Shown here in pieces: positions 47,414 to 56,482 of a DNA stretch of 61,115 bases; position 1 is the first letter of the stretch, and the number at the start of each line of letters is the position of its first letter. Position numbers and translations under genes: made by a program. Under the pieces are notes generated by a model. It was given only the letters and a program-made list of their open reading frames with translations. It ran no database searches and was not told the DNA's origin. Source of the stretch: Patescibacteria group bacterium (GTDB lineage: Bacteria > Patescibacteriota > Minisyncoccia > Phycocordibacterales > UBA918); the NCBI GenBank assembly GCA_019750255.1, contig JAIEOU010000004.1:1-61115 (forward strand), read 5' to 3'.

Positions 47414-48631
47414 TTGAACATGTCATTTTTTAATAAACACAACGACGCCACGCTTGGTGTAGTAATTGATATTGGCTCTGCGAGCGTGCTCGTAGCTTTT
47501 GTTTCTTCTGATACCAAGAAACCATCACCGGACATTATTTGGTCGCACCGGGAGCACCTTTCGCTCCGCACTGCCGCGAGAGATGACCAGAACGCTAAAA
47601 ATATAATGACTGCGCTTATGAACGCGGCTCTCGAACTCGACACAGTGGGGCGCCGAGTGCTTGATCAAGCACTTCCTGGCCACAGTGAGCCGCGACACCT
47701 CGCCATATCGGTTGCAGCCCCTTGGTCGTACACCGTTTCTAAAACCATTGCCTACACTTCCGAGGAAGCGTTTAAAGTAACGCCCGAACTAGTTCGGGAG
47801 CTTGAACGAACGGCTGAGCAAAAAATTGAACTCGAGCTCAACGAAGATGAAGTGGCAGCCTCGCTCGGGCTTACTGTCGTGGTCCGAACCACAATGGCTA
47901 TCCTTGGGAATGGCTATACTATTGGTCTAGCTACCGGACAGACCGCCACCACTCTTTCACTCAGTCGCGCATGTGCAGTCGTTCAGTCCTACCTCACCGC
48001 TGCCGTAGCTGATCTACGCGACAAGATACTTCCTCACGCTCAATCGCGTGTACACTCTTTCATGCTGGCGTATTACCACGTTGCACGTGCACTCTATCCC
48101 ACGACGAGCGAGTACTGTTTAGTCGATATCACCTACGAGGCAACTGAAATTGGTGTCGTGCGTGATGGCATGCTGCAATACTGTACCCATACTCCCTACG
48201 GTGCCTTTTCTTTGGCTCGTGATATCGCAGAACGTGGAGGAGGCACCCTTGAGGAATCATATGGGCGCCTTACGAGCGACCTCTTCATGACCGATGAGAA
48301 CAATAAAGAGAGGAAAGCCCTCGCACATGAATACGAGCTCCGACTCGCTTCACTTTTCCATGAAACCGGTGACACACTCACCATTCCAAAAACAATTATC
48401 CTTCACGTCAACCTCGAGACGGAAGACTATTTTTCGGAACGCTTAGCGACTGCCGCGGCCCAAGTTACAAAGAGCACTCATCACGTTATACCGGTCTCAA
48501 ACGCCCTTCTAAAAGCATATTATAACGACGACGCCGTCCGCGACATAAAGACCAGACACGACACGGCCATGCTCATTTCGGCCCAGTTTTTCCACACAGC
48601 TCGGAGAGCTGATAACTACGATTGGCAATAA
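47414..48631 (+). CDS. divergent actin-fold (ASKHA) ATPase-like protein, FtsA/PilM-like
   Basis: GVVIDIGSASV resembles the phosphate-1 motif. CLVDITYEATEIGVVRDG resembles phosphate-2. TPYGAFSLARDIA is also present. An ATG at 47420 is an alternative start. Confidence 0.45.
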   Translation: MNMSFFNKHNDATLGVVIDIGSASVLVAFVSSDTKKPSPDIIWSHREHLSLRTAARDDQNAKNIMTALMNAALELDTVGRRVLDQALPGHSEPRHLAISVAAPWSYTVSKTIAYTSEEAFKVTPELVRELERTAEQKIELELNEDEVAASLGLTVVVRTTMAILGNGYTIGLATGQTATTLSLSRACAVVQSYLTAAVADLRDKILPHAQSRVHSFMLAYYHVARALYPTTSEYCLVDITYEATEIGVVRDGMLQYCTHTPYGAFSLARDIAERGGGTLEESYGRLTSDLFMTDENNKERKALAHEYELRLASLFHETGDTLTIPKTIILHVNLETEDYFSERLATAAAQVTKSTHHVIPVSNALLKAYYNDDAVRDIKTRHDTAMLISAQFFHTARRADNYDWQ

Positions 48632-48652
48632 AAGGCTATACTGAGAGTACAC

Positions 48653-49969
48653 ATGACTCAAAAGTGGAATCTTCAAGATATACGACCGATCGAGCCTAAG
48701 ACTCGACCGACTTCGCGACCGCCCCAGTCGATTATTCAGAGACCAGCGCCAGTGATTCGTGACAGCGTTGACGACACCGAATCAATTATTATCGTTGATG
48801 GGAATAAAAAACAGCGAAACTACTATGTCTGGGGTGGGGCACTACTCGCGCTCGTGATTGGTGGTTCGCTCGCTATGAGCGTCATATTCTCTGAAACGAC
48901 ACTGACAGTTAAGCCAGAGTTCCGTCAGCCACAAGTGAATGCCGAATTTGAAGGCTTCCGCGAGCGGCGTGAAAACGCCCTTACGTATGAGATTCTTACC
49001 ATCGAGGCCACCAAAGAGCTCCAGGTAAAAGCAACTGGCGAGAAGAAGGTAACCGAGCAAACTAAGGGTACGCTCGAAATCACAAAAACTACAGCCGGGG
49101 CGGAACGGCTTATAAAGAATACCCGATTTAAGTCCCCCGAGGGACTGGTCTTCCGCATTCAGGAATCCGTAGTGGTCCCTGGGGCAGTAGAGAAAGACGG
49201 CAAGCTCGTTCCTGGCACAATCCGCGCTGAAGTGTTTGCCGAATCAGCTGGCGAGGCATACAACCTGCCGGCAGGAACGAAGTTCTCCGTTCCTGGCTTT
49301 GAAGAAAGCGGACTTACGGACCTTTTCAAGTCCATCTCAGCCACGAACCCGAACGCTTTTGCAGGTGGTTTTGACGGTCAGCAGTTTATCATTGATGAAA
49401 CTGAACTTGGTACAGCCCGTCAGAATCTGCAGCTTGAACTTCGTAACAGTCTTCTCGAAAGGATTAAAAACGAACGTCCGTCTGGCTTTGTTGCGTTCGA
49501 AGGTTCATACGCCTTTACGTACAACGAGCTTCCGGCAGTTAACTTTGGTGGCGACCTCGTAACCATCAAGGAACAAGCGGTACTACAGGTTCCACTATTT
49601 AAGGCTCCGGAACTAGCGGCCTTCATCGCCGCTCAGACCGTCCCTACCTACAACAAAGCCCCCGTCCGCATCGAAAGTTACGAGGGTATGCTTTTTACTT
49701 ATAGCGATCCAAAGAACAGCTCCACGGTAATTGCCAATATGCCCTCACTCAAGTTCAACTTAGTGGGGAAGCCGCGCATTATTTGGGAGTACGACGAAGA
49801 CAAGCTCCGGAGCGACCTGGCTGGCAAACCAAAGACCGCGGTAGCGGCAGTTATGACGGGCTATGCTGGCATCATTAAGAGCTCTCAGGTGTCAATGAAA
49901 CCTTTTTACCGACGCTCATTTCCAGAAAATGGTGAGGATATACGCATTATAGAGGTACTCGAAGAGTAG
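48653..49969 (+). CDS. single-pass membrane protein with large extracytoplasmic domain
   Basis: Pro-rich cytoplasmic N-terminus, one TM helix (YYVWGGALLALVIGGSLAMSVIF), then a beta-rich domain. Confidence 0.45.
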   Translation: MTQKWNLQDIRPIEPKTRPTSRPPQSIIQRPAPVIRDSVDDTESIIIVDGNKKQRNYYVWGGALLALVIGGSLAMSVIFSETTLTVKPEFRQPQVNAEFEGFRERRENALTYEILTIEATKELQVKATGEKKVTEQTKGTLEITKTTAGAERLIKNTRFKSPEGLVFRIQESVVVPGAVEKDGKLVPGTIRAEVFAESAGEAYNLPAGTKFSVPGFEESGLTDLFKSISATNPNAFAGGFDGQQFIIDETELGTARQNLQLELRNSLLERIKNERPSGFVAFEGSYAFTYNELPAVNFGGDLVTIKEQAVLQVPLFKAPELAAFIAAQTVPTYNKAPVRIESYEGMLFTYSDPKNSSTVIANMPSLKFNLVGKPRIIWEYDEDKLRSDLAGKPKTAVAAVMTGYAGIIKSSQVSMKPFYRRSFPENGEDIRIIEVLEE

Positions 49970-50069
49970 TCTACAGGCCTTAAATTGGTTGAGATGGAAT
50001 TAATTACAGGAGGAATACAAACTAAACCACAAAAATCCCAACAAATCAGCCTTTTCTTGGGTAAAACAG

Positions 50070-50098
50070 TTGACCATTATCTGTTTCTTTGTTACACT
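50070..50098 (+). promoter_or_regulatory. putative promoter of the infA-rpmJ-rpsM... operon
   Basis: TTGACC (50070-50075), a 17-nt spacer, then TACACT (50093-50098). Confidence 0.5.
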
Positions 50099-50109
50099 CC
50101 CCACGTTTA

Positions 50110-50337
50110 ATGGATTCACAGGTACCTGACACAACAGACGATCTCGCCTACGGCGTGGTAGAAGAAGCGCTTCCAAACGCTCTCTTTCGTGTAACTCTAA
50201 ACGACAACAAAAAACTCGTCCTCGCGTATCTCGCGGGTAAAATGAGGAAGTTTCGCATAAGGGTGCTCGTCGGTGACAAAGTGGGAATGGTACTCGATCC
50301 ATACGGTGGCAAAGCACGCATTACTAAAAGACTATAA
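50110..50337 (+). CDS. infA: translation initiation factor IF-1
   Basis: G.V.E.LPNA.FRV.L.......AY..GKMR...IR...GD.V......Y....ARI..R (S1-like fold). Confidence 0.9.
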   Translation: MDSQVPDTTDDLAYGVVEEALPNALFRVTLNDNKKLVLAYLAGKMRKFRIRVLVGDKVGMVLDPYGGKARITKRL

Positions 50338-50343
50338 ATTGCT

Positions 50344-50460
50344 ATGAAAGTACGGTCGTCAGTTAAGAAAATGAGTCCAGATGACGTCATCGTCAAGCGA
50401 CGTGGTGTGGTCTTTGTTATTAATAAGAAAAAGCCTCGTCATAAGCAGCGACAGGGCTAA
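50344..50460 (+). CDS. rpmJ: 50S ribosomal protein L36 (Cys-less variant)
   Basis: Not in the ORF track because it is 38 aa. Translation is [38 protein letters not shown]. Canonical position between infA and rpsM. Confidence 0.85.
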   Translation: MKVRSSVKKMSPDDVIVKRRGVVFVINKKKPRHKQRQG

Positions 50461-50472
50461 CCCATCATCACT

Positions 50473-50850
50473 ATGCGTATTTCTGGTATTAACGTTCCTG
50501 ACGACAAGCAGCTTGCCTACGCGCTAACTGTCATTCACGGCATTGGCTTGGCTCGTGCTAAGACCATCCTTGGGCAACTCAAAATTGACGTAACTGCGAA
50601 GGCCACCACCCTCACTACCGAACAAGAGAACGCTGTACGCGAAAAGGTGGAATCGTACCGCATTGAGGGAGACCTCAAACGTGAAGTTGCCAGCAACGTA
50701 AAGCGCCTTAAGGATATCAAGTCCTACCGAGGGAGCCGCCATGCTAAGAAGCTTCCCGCCCGCGGCCAACGAACAAAGACCAACGCACGAACACTCAAGG
50801 GTGCAAAGAAGACCATGGGTAGTGGACGCCGTAAGCTTGAGAAGACCTAA
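50473..50850 (+). CDS. rpsM: 30S ribosomal protein S13
   Basis: MRISGINVP.........LT.I.GIG...A and the Arg/Lys-rich C-terminus. Confidence 0.95.
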   Translation: MRISGINVPDDKQLAYALTVIHGIGLARAKTILGQLKIDVTAKATTLTTEQENAVREKVESYRIEGDLKREVASNVKRLKDIKSYRGSRHAKKLPARGQRTKTNARTLKGAKKTMGSGRRKLEKT

Positions 50851-50882
50851 GAGCTCATTATTAGATTTCATTTGCAATTCCT

Positions 50883-51314
50883 ATGGGTAAGAAACGCATC
50901 ATCAAGAAGGGGGGTGGGTCTGACGTGTCTGGCACCAGCCGAGCACTCAACAGTATTCCAAAGCGCAAGCTCGCTGTGGGCAAACTTAATATTCTCGCGA
51001 CCTTTAACAACACACTCCTGACATTGTGTGACGTAAAGGGGAACGCGGTCATGAGTGCATCAAGTGGCGCGCTTGGTTTTAAGGGTTCACGTAAGTCAAC
51101 GCCTTTTGCCGCAGCTAAGGTTGGAGAAATCATTGGCGAAAAGGCGCAGCAGATGGGTATGAAGGAAGCTGAAGTCCTTGTAAAGGGTGTTGGAGCTGGT
51201 CGCGAATCAGCGCTCCGTGCCTTTTCTGGAAAGGGTATTAACGTTACCCGTATTACCGACATCACGCCAGTACCATTTAATGGTCCACGCGCTCCTAAGC
51301 CGCGACGTGTCTAG
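50883..51314 (+). CDS. rpsK: 30S ribosomal protein S11
   Basis: S11 signature (G.KGSRKSTPFAA, D.TP.P.NG.R..K.RR). Confidence 0.95.
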   Translation: MGKKRIIKKGGGSDVSGTSRALNSIPKRKLAVGKLNILATFNNTLLTLCDVKGNAVMSASSGALGFKGSRKSTPFAAAKVGEIIGEKAQQMGMKEAEVLVKGVGAGRESALRAFSGKGINVTRITDITPVPFNGPRAPKPRRV

Positions 51315-51333
51315 CCTTTAATTATTTACAAGT

Positions 51334-51945
51334 ATGAAAATCGGCCCAAAATACAAAATTGCCAAGCGCCTCGGTGCTGCCATCTTTGAAAAGACACAGA
51401 CACAGAAGTTTGCCCTTTCGGCTGCCCGCACAAGTGGACAGAAGAGTCAGAAGCGTCCAGGTCAGATGAGTGACTTTAAGAAGCAACTCATTGAGAAACA
51501 AAAGTTGCGCTACACCTATGGCATCACTGAAAAGCAGCTCGGCCGCTACGTTAAGGAGTCACTCGCAAAGAGTCGACAACCAGCTGCTCTCCTTACTCAG
51601 CGCCTTGAGTCACGGCTCGATAACGTCGTCTACCGTCTCGGTCTTGTAAAGACTCGTCGTATGGCTCGTCAGGTAGTTAGTCACGGACACATCAAGGTAA
51701 ACGGCAAGCGCTTTACCATTCCTTCTCACGAAGTAAAGGTAGGCGATGCGATTGAGATACGCGAAGGCAGTAAGCAGAGCGCTCTCTTTGTTACCTTGGG
51801 CGAAACTTACGAAGCAACCGGCGTTCCAGCCTGGGTATCGTTTGACGCAAAAAAGCTTACCGGTGAAGTAAAAGGAGTGCCGCAGAGCGAAGTAACTGAA
51901 CGACTTTTCGACGTCGAGCAGGTACTAGAATACTACAGTCGATAG
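51334..51945 (+). CDS. rpsD: 30S ribosomal protein S4
   Basis: S4 N-terminal domain plus the S4 RNA-binding domain (RLD.VVYRLG...TR..ARQ.V.HGHI.VNG). Confidence 0.95.
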   Translation: MKIGPKYKIAKRLGAAIFEKTQTQKFALSAARTSGQKSQKRPGQMSDFKKQLIEKQKLRYTYGITEKQLGRYVKESLAKSRQPAALLTQRLESRLDNVVYRLGLVKTRRMARQVVSHGHIKVNGKRFTIPSHEVKVGDAIEIREGSKQSALFVTLGETYEATGVPAWVSFDAKKLTGEVKGVPQSEVTERLFDVEQVLEYYSR

Positions 51946-51981
51946 TCGCTCTTTATCATTACGCCCTTAAGTTCTGCTCTT

Positions 51982-52947
51982 ATGTTGGAAATCAATGTCA
52001 CCCTCCCTTCAAAGCCACGCGTTGTCACGGAAGAAGAATTCCGTGGTGTGTTTGAAATTGACGGCCTCCACCCAGGCTACGGCCATACGCTCGGTAACTC
52101 ACTCCGACGCATCATCCTCTCTTCGCTTCCCGGAGCAGCGATCACCCAAGTCAAGATTGATGGTGTTGCACATGAGTTTGATGCCATGGACGGTGTGCAG
52201 GAAGACGTCATCACACTTCTCCTCAACCTCAAGCGCGTGCGCCTCATGCTCCACGGAGATGAGCCAATGACTGTGACGCTCAAGAAGAGTGGAGCAGGGA
52301 AGGTAACCGCGGGCGACCTCAATGCACCTTCACAAGTAGAGATTCTTAACCCAGAGCAGCACATCGCTGAGTTGACCGCTAAGAACTCTTCTTTGGAAAT
52401 TGAGTTGCGTGTCGAGAAGGGTCTGGGCTATGTACCGCGTGAGATTCACCAGCGTGACAAGGTCGAGATTGGCACCATTGCCATGGACGCAGTCTTTACC
52501 CCGATCCGCCGTGCCAACTACGAAGTAGAAAACATGCGCGTTGGTGACCGCACTGACTACAACCGGCTCCGCATCTTCATTGAGACCGACGGCACCTTCT
52601 CACCGCGTGAAGCTCTCGAGAAGTCAATCGAAATCATGATTCACCAGCTCAAGTCAATTATCGGTTTTCAGGAGCAGTACGCTCAGTCAGAGGTTGCTCA
52701 CGAGAGCACCGAGGCTCCGGTCGCAAAGACCGCCCAGGTGGACCAAGAAGTGCTCAAGACCCGTATTGAAGCCCTCGACCTCACGTCACGTACCCTCCAG
52801 GCACTTGAGGAGGCAAGTATCCGTACCGTGGGAGGACTTGTGCGAAAGACAAAAGATGATATTCTAGCGCTCGACGGCATCGGACCAAAGGGTCTCGATG
52901 AAATTGCTGCTCTCCTCGAGAAAATGAACCTCGGCCTTGCCGAATAA
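51982..52947 (+). CDS. rpoA: DNA-directed RNA polymerase subunit alpha
   Basis: PGYGHTLGN.LRR.LLSS.PGAA and the C-terminal HhH domain. Confidence 0.95.
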   Translation: MLEINVTLPSKPRVVTEEEFRGVFEIDGLHPGYGHTLGNSLRRIILSSLPGAAITQVKIDGVAHEFDAMDGVQEDVITLLLNLKRVRLMLHGDEPMTVTLKKSGAGKVTAGDLNAPSQVEILNPEQHIAELTAKNSSLEIELRVEKGLGYVPREIHQRDKVEIGTIAMDAVFTPIRRANYEVENMRVGDRTDYNRLRIFIETDGTFSPREALEKSIEIMIHQLKSIIGFQEQYAQSEVAHESTEAPVAKTAQVDQEVLKTRIEALDLTSRTLQALEEASIRTVGGLVRKTKDDILALDGIGPKGLDEIAALLEKMNLGLAE

Positions 52948-52967
52948 CGAGTTTAACGTTCACATTT

Positions 52968-53324
52968 ATGCGTCACGCCAACAAAAACCGAAAACTGTCA
53001 CGAAGTGCCGATGGGCGCGTATCATTGCTGCGTGGACTCGCCGTCTCACTCATTCGTGACGAACAAATTACTACCACCTTCGCGAAAGCCAAGGAGCTAC
53101 AACCCCGTATCGAGCGCCTCATTACCGTAGCCAAGAAGGACACCGTAGCTGCCCGCCGCACTGTGGCAAGTCGCCTCGGGGAACCGACTGACGCTATCGT
53201 TAAGAAACTCTTCAGTATAATCGCACCAAAGTTCACTACCCGTAACGGGGGGTATACTCGTGTCGTAAAGATGGGAAAGATGCCATCAGGTCGCGAAGAG
53301 GCTACCATTGCCTTTGTTGAATAA
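52968..53324 (+). CDS. rplQ: 50S ribosomal protein L17
   Basis: MRH....KL.R....R..LLR.L...L......I.TT..KAKE.. Confidence 0.95.
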   Translation: MRHANKNRKLSRSADGRVSLLRGLAVSLIRDEQITTTFAKAKELQPRIERLITVAKKDTVAARRTVASRLGEPTDAIVKKLFSIIAPKFTTRNGGYTRVVKMGKMPSGREEATIAFVE

Positions 53325-53334
53325 CCTACCTTTT

Positions 53335-53700
53335 ATGAAAAAAATCATCACAGCAAAGCAGCACACCATCGACGCCTCAGGCAAGCGTCTTGGTCGTGTA
53401 GCCACTGAAGCAGCGGCCGTTCTTATCGGCAAAAACGATGTTGACTTTGCACCGAACGTCATCAACGACATTACCGTCACCATCGTAAACGCCTCAAAGC
53501 TCGACGTGCCTGAGCGAAAGGGTGCTAATGAAACCTACCAGTCATACTCGGGCTACCCGGGTGGTCTTCGCAGTGAAACCCTTAGTCACCTCGCCACTCG
53601 TCGTGGCTACGCAGAAGTCGTGAAGCGTACCGTTTCGGGCATGCTCCCAAAGAACAAGCACCGCAAGCGACTTATGACTCAGCTTGTTGTGACCGAGTAA
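53335..53700 (+). CDS. rplM: 50S ribosomal protein L13
   Basis: IDA.GK.LGR.A...A..L.GK and GMLPKN. The ATG at 53335 avoids overlap with rplQ. Confidence 0.93.
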   Translation: MKKIITAKQHTIDASGKRLGRVATEAAAVLIGKNDVDFAPNVINDITVTIVNASKLDVPERKGANETYQSYSGYPGGLRSETLSHLATRRGYAEVVKRTVSGMLPKNKHRKRLMTQLVVTE

Positions 53701-53715
53701 TTCTTTCCACTATTT

Positions 53716-54123
53716 ATGACAACTAAGAAAAACGTATACATTGAGGGCATCGGTCGTCGCAAAACGGCAACTGCTCGCGTGCGCCTCACGCCCGCCAGCA
53801 AGGCCTCAGTGATCATCAACGGCAAGGAGCTCGCTGATTACTTCCCACACGCCGCTCTCCAGAATGATGTACAGGAAATCTTCGCTTTGAAGGACCTCGG
53901 CATCGAGCACTACCACGTGGAAGCTAAGGTGATGGGCGGGGGACTCTCATCACAGGCTGAAGCAATTCGTCTGGGTATCGCACGTGCACTCGTTAAAGAA
54001 AGCGCCCCACGACGTACTGCGCTCAAGAAGGAAGGATTTCTCAAGCGCGATCAGCGCGCCGTCGAACGCAAGAAGTTCGGTCTCCGCAAAGCTCGCAAGC
54101 GACCAGCTTGGTCAAAACGCTAG
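53716..54123 (+). CDS. rpsI: 30S ribosomal protein S9
   Basis: GRRK.A.ARV.L..G.....ING and the C-terminal R..ERKK.G..KARK..QWSKR-like tail. Confidence 0.95.
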   Translation: MTTKKNVYIEGIGRRKTATARVRLTPASKASVIINGKELADYFPHAALQNDVQEIFALKDLGIEHYHVEAKVMGGGLSSQAEAIRLGIARALVKESAPRRTALKKEGFLKRDQRAVERKKFGLRKARKRPAWSKR

Positions 54124-54129
54124 AAATTC

Positions 54130-54159
54130 AAAACACCCCGAAAGGGGTGTTTTGTTTTT
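54130..54159 (+). terminator. rho-independent terminator of the ribosomal-protein operon
   Basis: AAAACACCCC-GAAA-GGGGTGTTTT followed by GTTTTT. Confidence 0.85.
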
Positions 54160-54394
54160 AGCGCATAGGCGATGTAGAACTTAAAGTGCCTGACCACACA
54201 GCGTACTCCATGCATATTGACCACAGTATGGCGTCACGATATGTCTTTGGCATCTTAGGGGCTATTGTTAACATACTCTGCAGTTTAACCGGCAGTGTTC
54301 ACAAGTTATTTGAACTATTAGGCAATTATTGATTAATATATAGAAATGTTGTATAAATCTTACAGGTTAAAAATCTGGACAATAGGAGAGACCA

Positions 54395-54865
54395 GTGTAC
54401 AAGTTCTTTAAAGCGGACCTTGATGCCCTCGATTTCAAAATCGCGGAGCTCGGAAGAACTATCAGGGAAGCAGGCAGACAAATGGGGTCTGCAACTGAGG
54501 ATGGCGAACGAGAACATGATAACCCAGAACTCGAGGATGCAATGCGTCGCTTCGAGATGTGGAGTCATCACCTGCGTGAGTTAAACGGAATTCGGAGTCG
54601 AGCCACAACCATAAACCCCAACGACGTCAAGGCGGACCGTGTATATGTCGGCTGTGACGTCACCTTTGTCGACCAAAATGAGGACGAACGGACTGTCACT
54701 ATTGGTAGCTATATGCCGCACGATGCATCGCTCGCTATCTCGTACAATGCCCCGGTCGCAAAGTTACTGATGGGTCTAGGGGTCGGCGATACTCGTGAGG
54801 GTGTCATCGCAGGAAAACGTGTTCAGTTCGAAGTCCTCTCAATCAAGCCAACAATTCATCGCTAG
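54395..54865 (+). CDS. GreA/GreB-family transcript-cleavage-factor-like protein
   Basis: C-terminal V..G..V.......E...........ISYNAPVAKLLMGLGVGD (Gre C-terminal domain signature). The N-terminal coiled coil has an acidic tip (EDGEREHDNPELEDA). GTG start with an AGGAGAG RBS. Confidence 0.7.
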   Translation: MYKFFKADLDALDFKIAELGRTIREAGRQMGSATEDGEREHDNPELEDAMRRFEMWSHHLRELNGIRSRATTINPNDVKADRVYVGCDVTFVDQNEDERTVTIGSYMPHDASLAISYNAPVAKLLMGLGVGDTREGVIAGKRVQFEVLSIKPTIHR

Positions 54866-54876
54866 GGAGGTGGACA

Positions 54877-55386
54877 ATGGTTAGTTTTTGGACCATCAAG
54901 ATCGCTGGTGTGTCAGGTACCGGTAAAACTACAGTGATGCAGGGACTCAAGTCAATGTCTGGGTTTGTCGGGGAAGTCATCATCTACTCGCAGCTACTTC
55001 GGGAGTATGGTGACAAGGATTTGGCAGATCTAAAACTGGCAGATATCTTGCATAGGACCAGTGGTCTTGTGCTTATGGATGACCACCTTGAGTTTGATAA
55101 TCCCAATAAAACTCGCAATTACATGCGGGAGAATACAAGAGGACTCGTGTTACTCGATGTGCCCTTGAAAGACCTGATGTCTAGGGTGTCGAATGACGCG
55201 AGTAGAACTCGGGAAATCAAACCTCGGGACATGTCTCGAAATCTGCAATTATCGAGACGGAAGGCAATGCAGCTGTCACATGAGACAAAGGTGCCGCTTC
55301 TCGTCATTCCAAACCTGGAAGGCGAGGTCAATAGGTCTATTGCTTTGATCGCGGCGTTTGTTGCTACGAACAGCCCCGCATTTTAG
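54877..55386 (+). CDS. small P-loop NTPase, nucleoside/nucleotide-kinase-like
   Basis: Walker A GVSGTGKTT at residues 11-19. LVLMDDH is a Walker-B-like strand. The size (169 aa) is typical of small-molecule kinases. GGAGG RBS. Confidence 0.5.
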   Translation: MVSFWTIKIAGVSGTGKTTVMQGLKSMSGFVGEVIIYSQLLREYGDKDLADLKLADILHRTSGLVLMDDHLEFDNPNKTRNYMRENTRGLVLLDVPLKDLMSRVSNDASRTREIKPRDMSRNLQLSRRKAMQLSHETKVPLLVIPNLEGEVNRSIALIAAFVATNSPAF

Positions 55387-55411
55387 GGGCTGTTTATTTT
55401 TACTTTTTACA

Positions 55412-56482
55412 ATGAATACATTTACTGTAGGTACAATATTAAATAAAATAAAGACTACCGTGGTCACAACAACACCAGTGTACAAAAGCCTGGTGCTGCA
55501 ATACCCCTCCCGACTAAACGCGATGGCTCTTGATCCGAGTCAAATTGATGTCAAAGGAAATGGTATTTATTCTCCAGGTGAAGTGATATTTTCTATAGCA
55601 ATATATAAGACAGTTACAATTCGTCTACGTATTGATAGTCAGGTTGTAATCACTGGTAATAGCCCACGCCATCAGCTCATTACACACGCCGTGCTTCTAA
55701 TGAGAGGAGTGCTTCAAACCGAACAAGGTTTTGATATTGATGTAGAGTCTGAAGATTTGCGTCATTGTGGTCTTGGCTCAAGTAGCGGACTAATTTCTGC
55801 CGTAGCTACGGCAATCAACGAAATGTACGGTAATCCAATACCTCGACTGGAACTTATAGCGTACCTCGCTCAGAATCATGGTGAGGAAATGGATGATAGT
55901 AGAAATGATTTACAGCATGTGCAGTGTATTGGAGGAGCGGCCGCTGCTGGCTTGGTGGAGTCTGGCATGACTGTATTGGCCGGTGAATCAACTCCAATTG
56001 GAACAATGTCGATAGATGATTCGTATACTGTATTAATTGGAATACCCAATGATTTTATTGCCCCTGATTCAAAAGAACTAATGCGCTTGGAAATGCTTAA
56101 TATGCATAAGTTTATTGCAACCGGAAATCAGTATCGTGATAAAATTGGCTACAGGGTGACTCATGAAATGTTGCCGCAGATGAAAAAAGGGAACTTACAA
56201 GAGGCAGCAAGGTTAATCTTTGATTACCGTTTCAATTACGGAAGTATTGTTAACTGTTCGTTTGTATACCCGAAAATAATAGATATTGCGGCAGACATAC
56301 GATCACTCTTTGAAAAAGACATCGTTGACGTGTTGGCCTTGTCGAGTGTCGGACCTGCCTTTTTTGCAATCACAAAGGAACCCGATATATGTGAATCAGT
56401 ATTTCTCAATAACAACCTGGGTGTCCGAAGAACTACAATTAACAATACTGGATACAGTGTTACTGGTAGCGAATCAATATGA
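55412..56482 (+). CDS. GHMP-kinase-superfamily protein, beta-ribofuranosylaminobenzene-5'-phosphate (beta-RFAP) synthase-like
   Basis: N-terminal YPSRLNAMALDPS resembles the TPSR(I/L)H.GLIDL start of beta-RFAP synthases. CGLGSSSGLISA is GHMP motif II. LSSVGPAFFAIT is GHMP motif III. AT-rich. Confidence 0.6.
   Translation: MNTFTVGTILNKIKTTVVTTTPVYKSLVLQYPSRLNAMALDPSQIDVKGNGIYSPGEVIFSIAIYKTVTIRLRIDSQVVITGNSPRHQLITHAVLLMRGVLQTEQGFDIDVESEDLRHCGLGSSSGLISAVATAINEMYGNPIPRLELIAYLAQNHGEEMDDSRNDLQHVQCIGGAAAAGLVESGMTVLAGESTPIGTMSIDDSYTVLIGIPNDFIAPDSKELMRLEMLNMHKFIATGNQYRDKIGYRVTHEMLPQMKKGNLQEAARLIFDYRFNYGSIVNCSFVYPKIIDIAADIRSLFEKDIVDVLALSSVGPAFFAITKEPDICESVFLNNNLGVRRTTINNTGYSVTGSESI

Noticed and set aside
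54395-54865. Including the Gre-like gene as part of the AT-rich cassette
   Set aside because: Its composition looks like the backbone, and a GreA-type factor is an expected housekeeping gene. It is adjacent, but membership in the cassette is unsupported.
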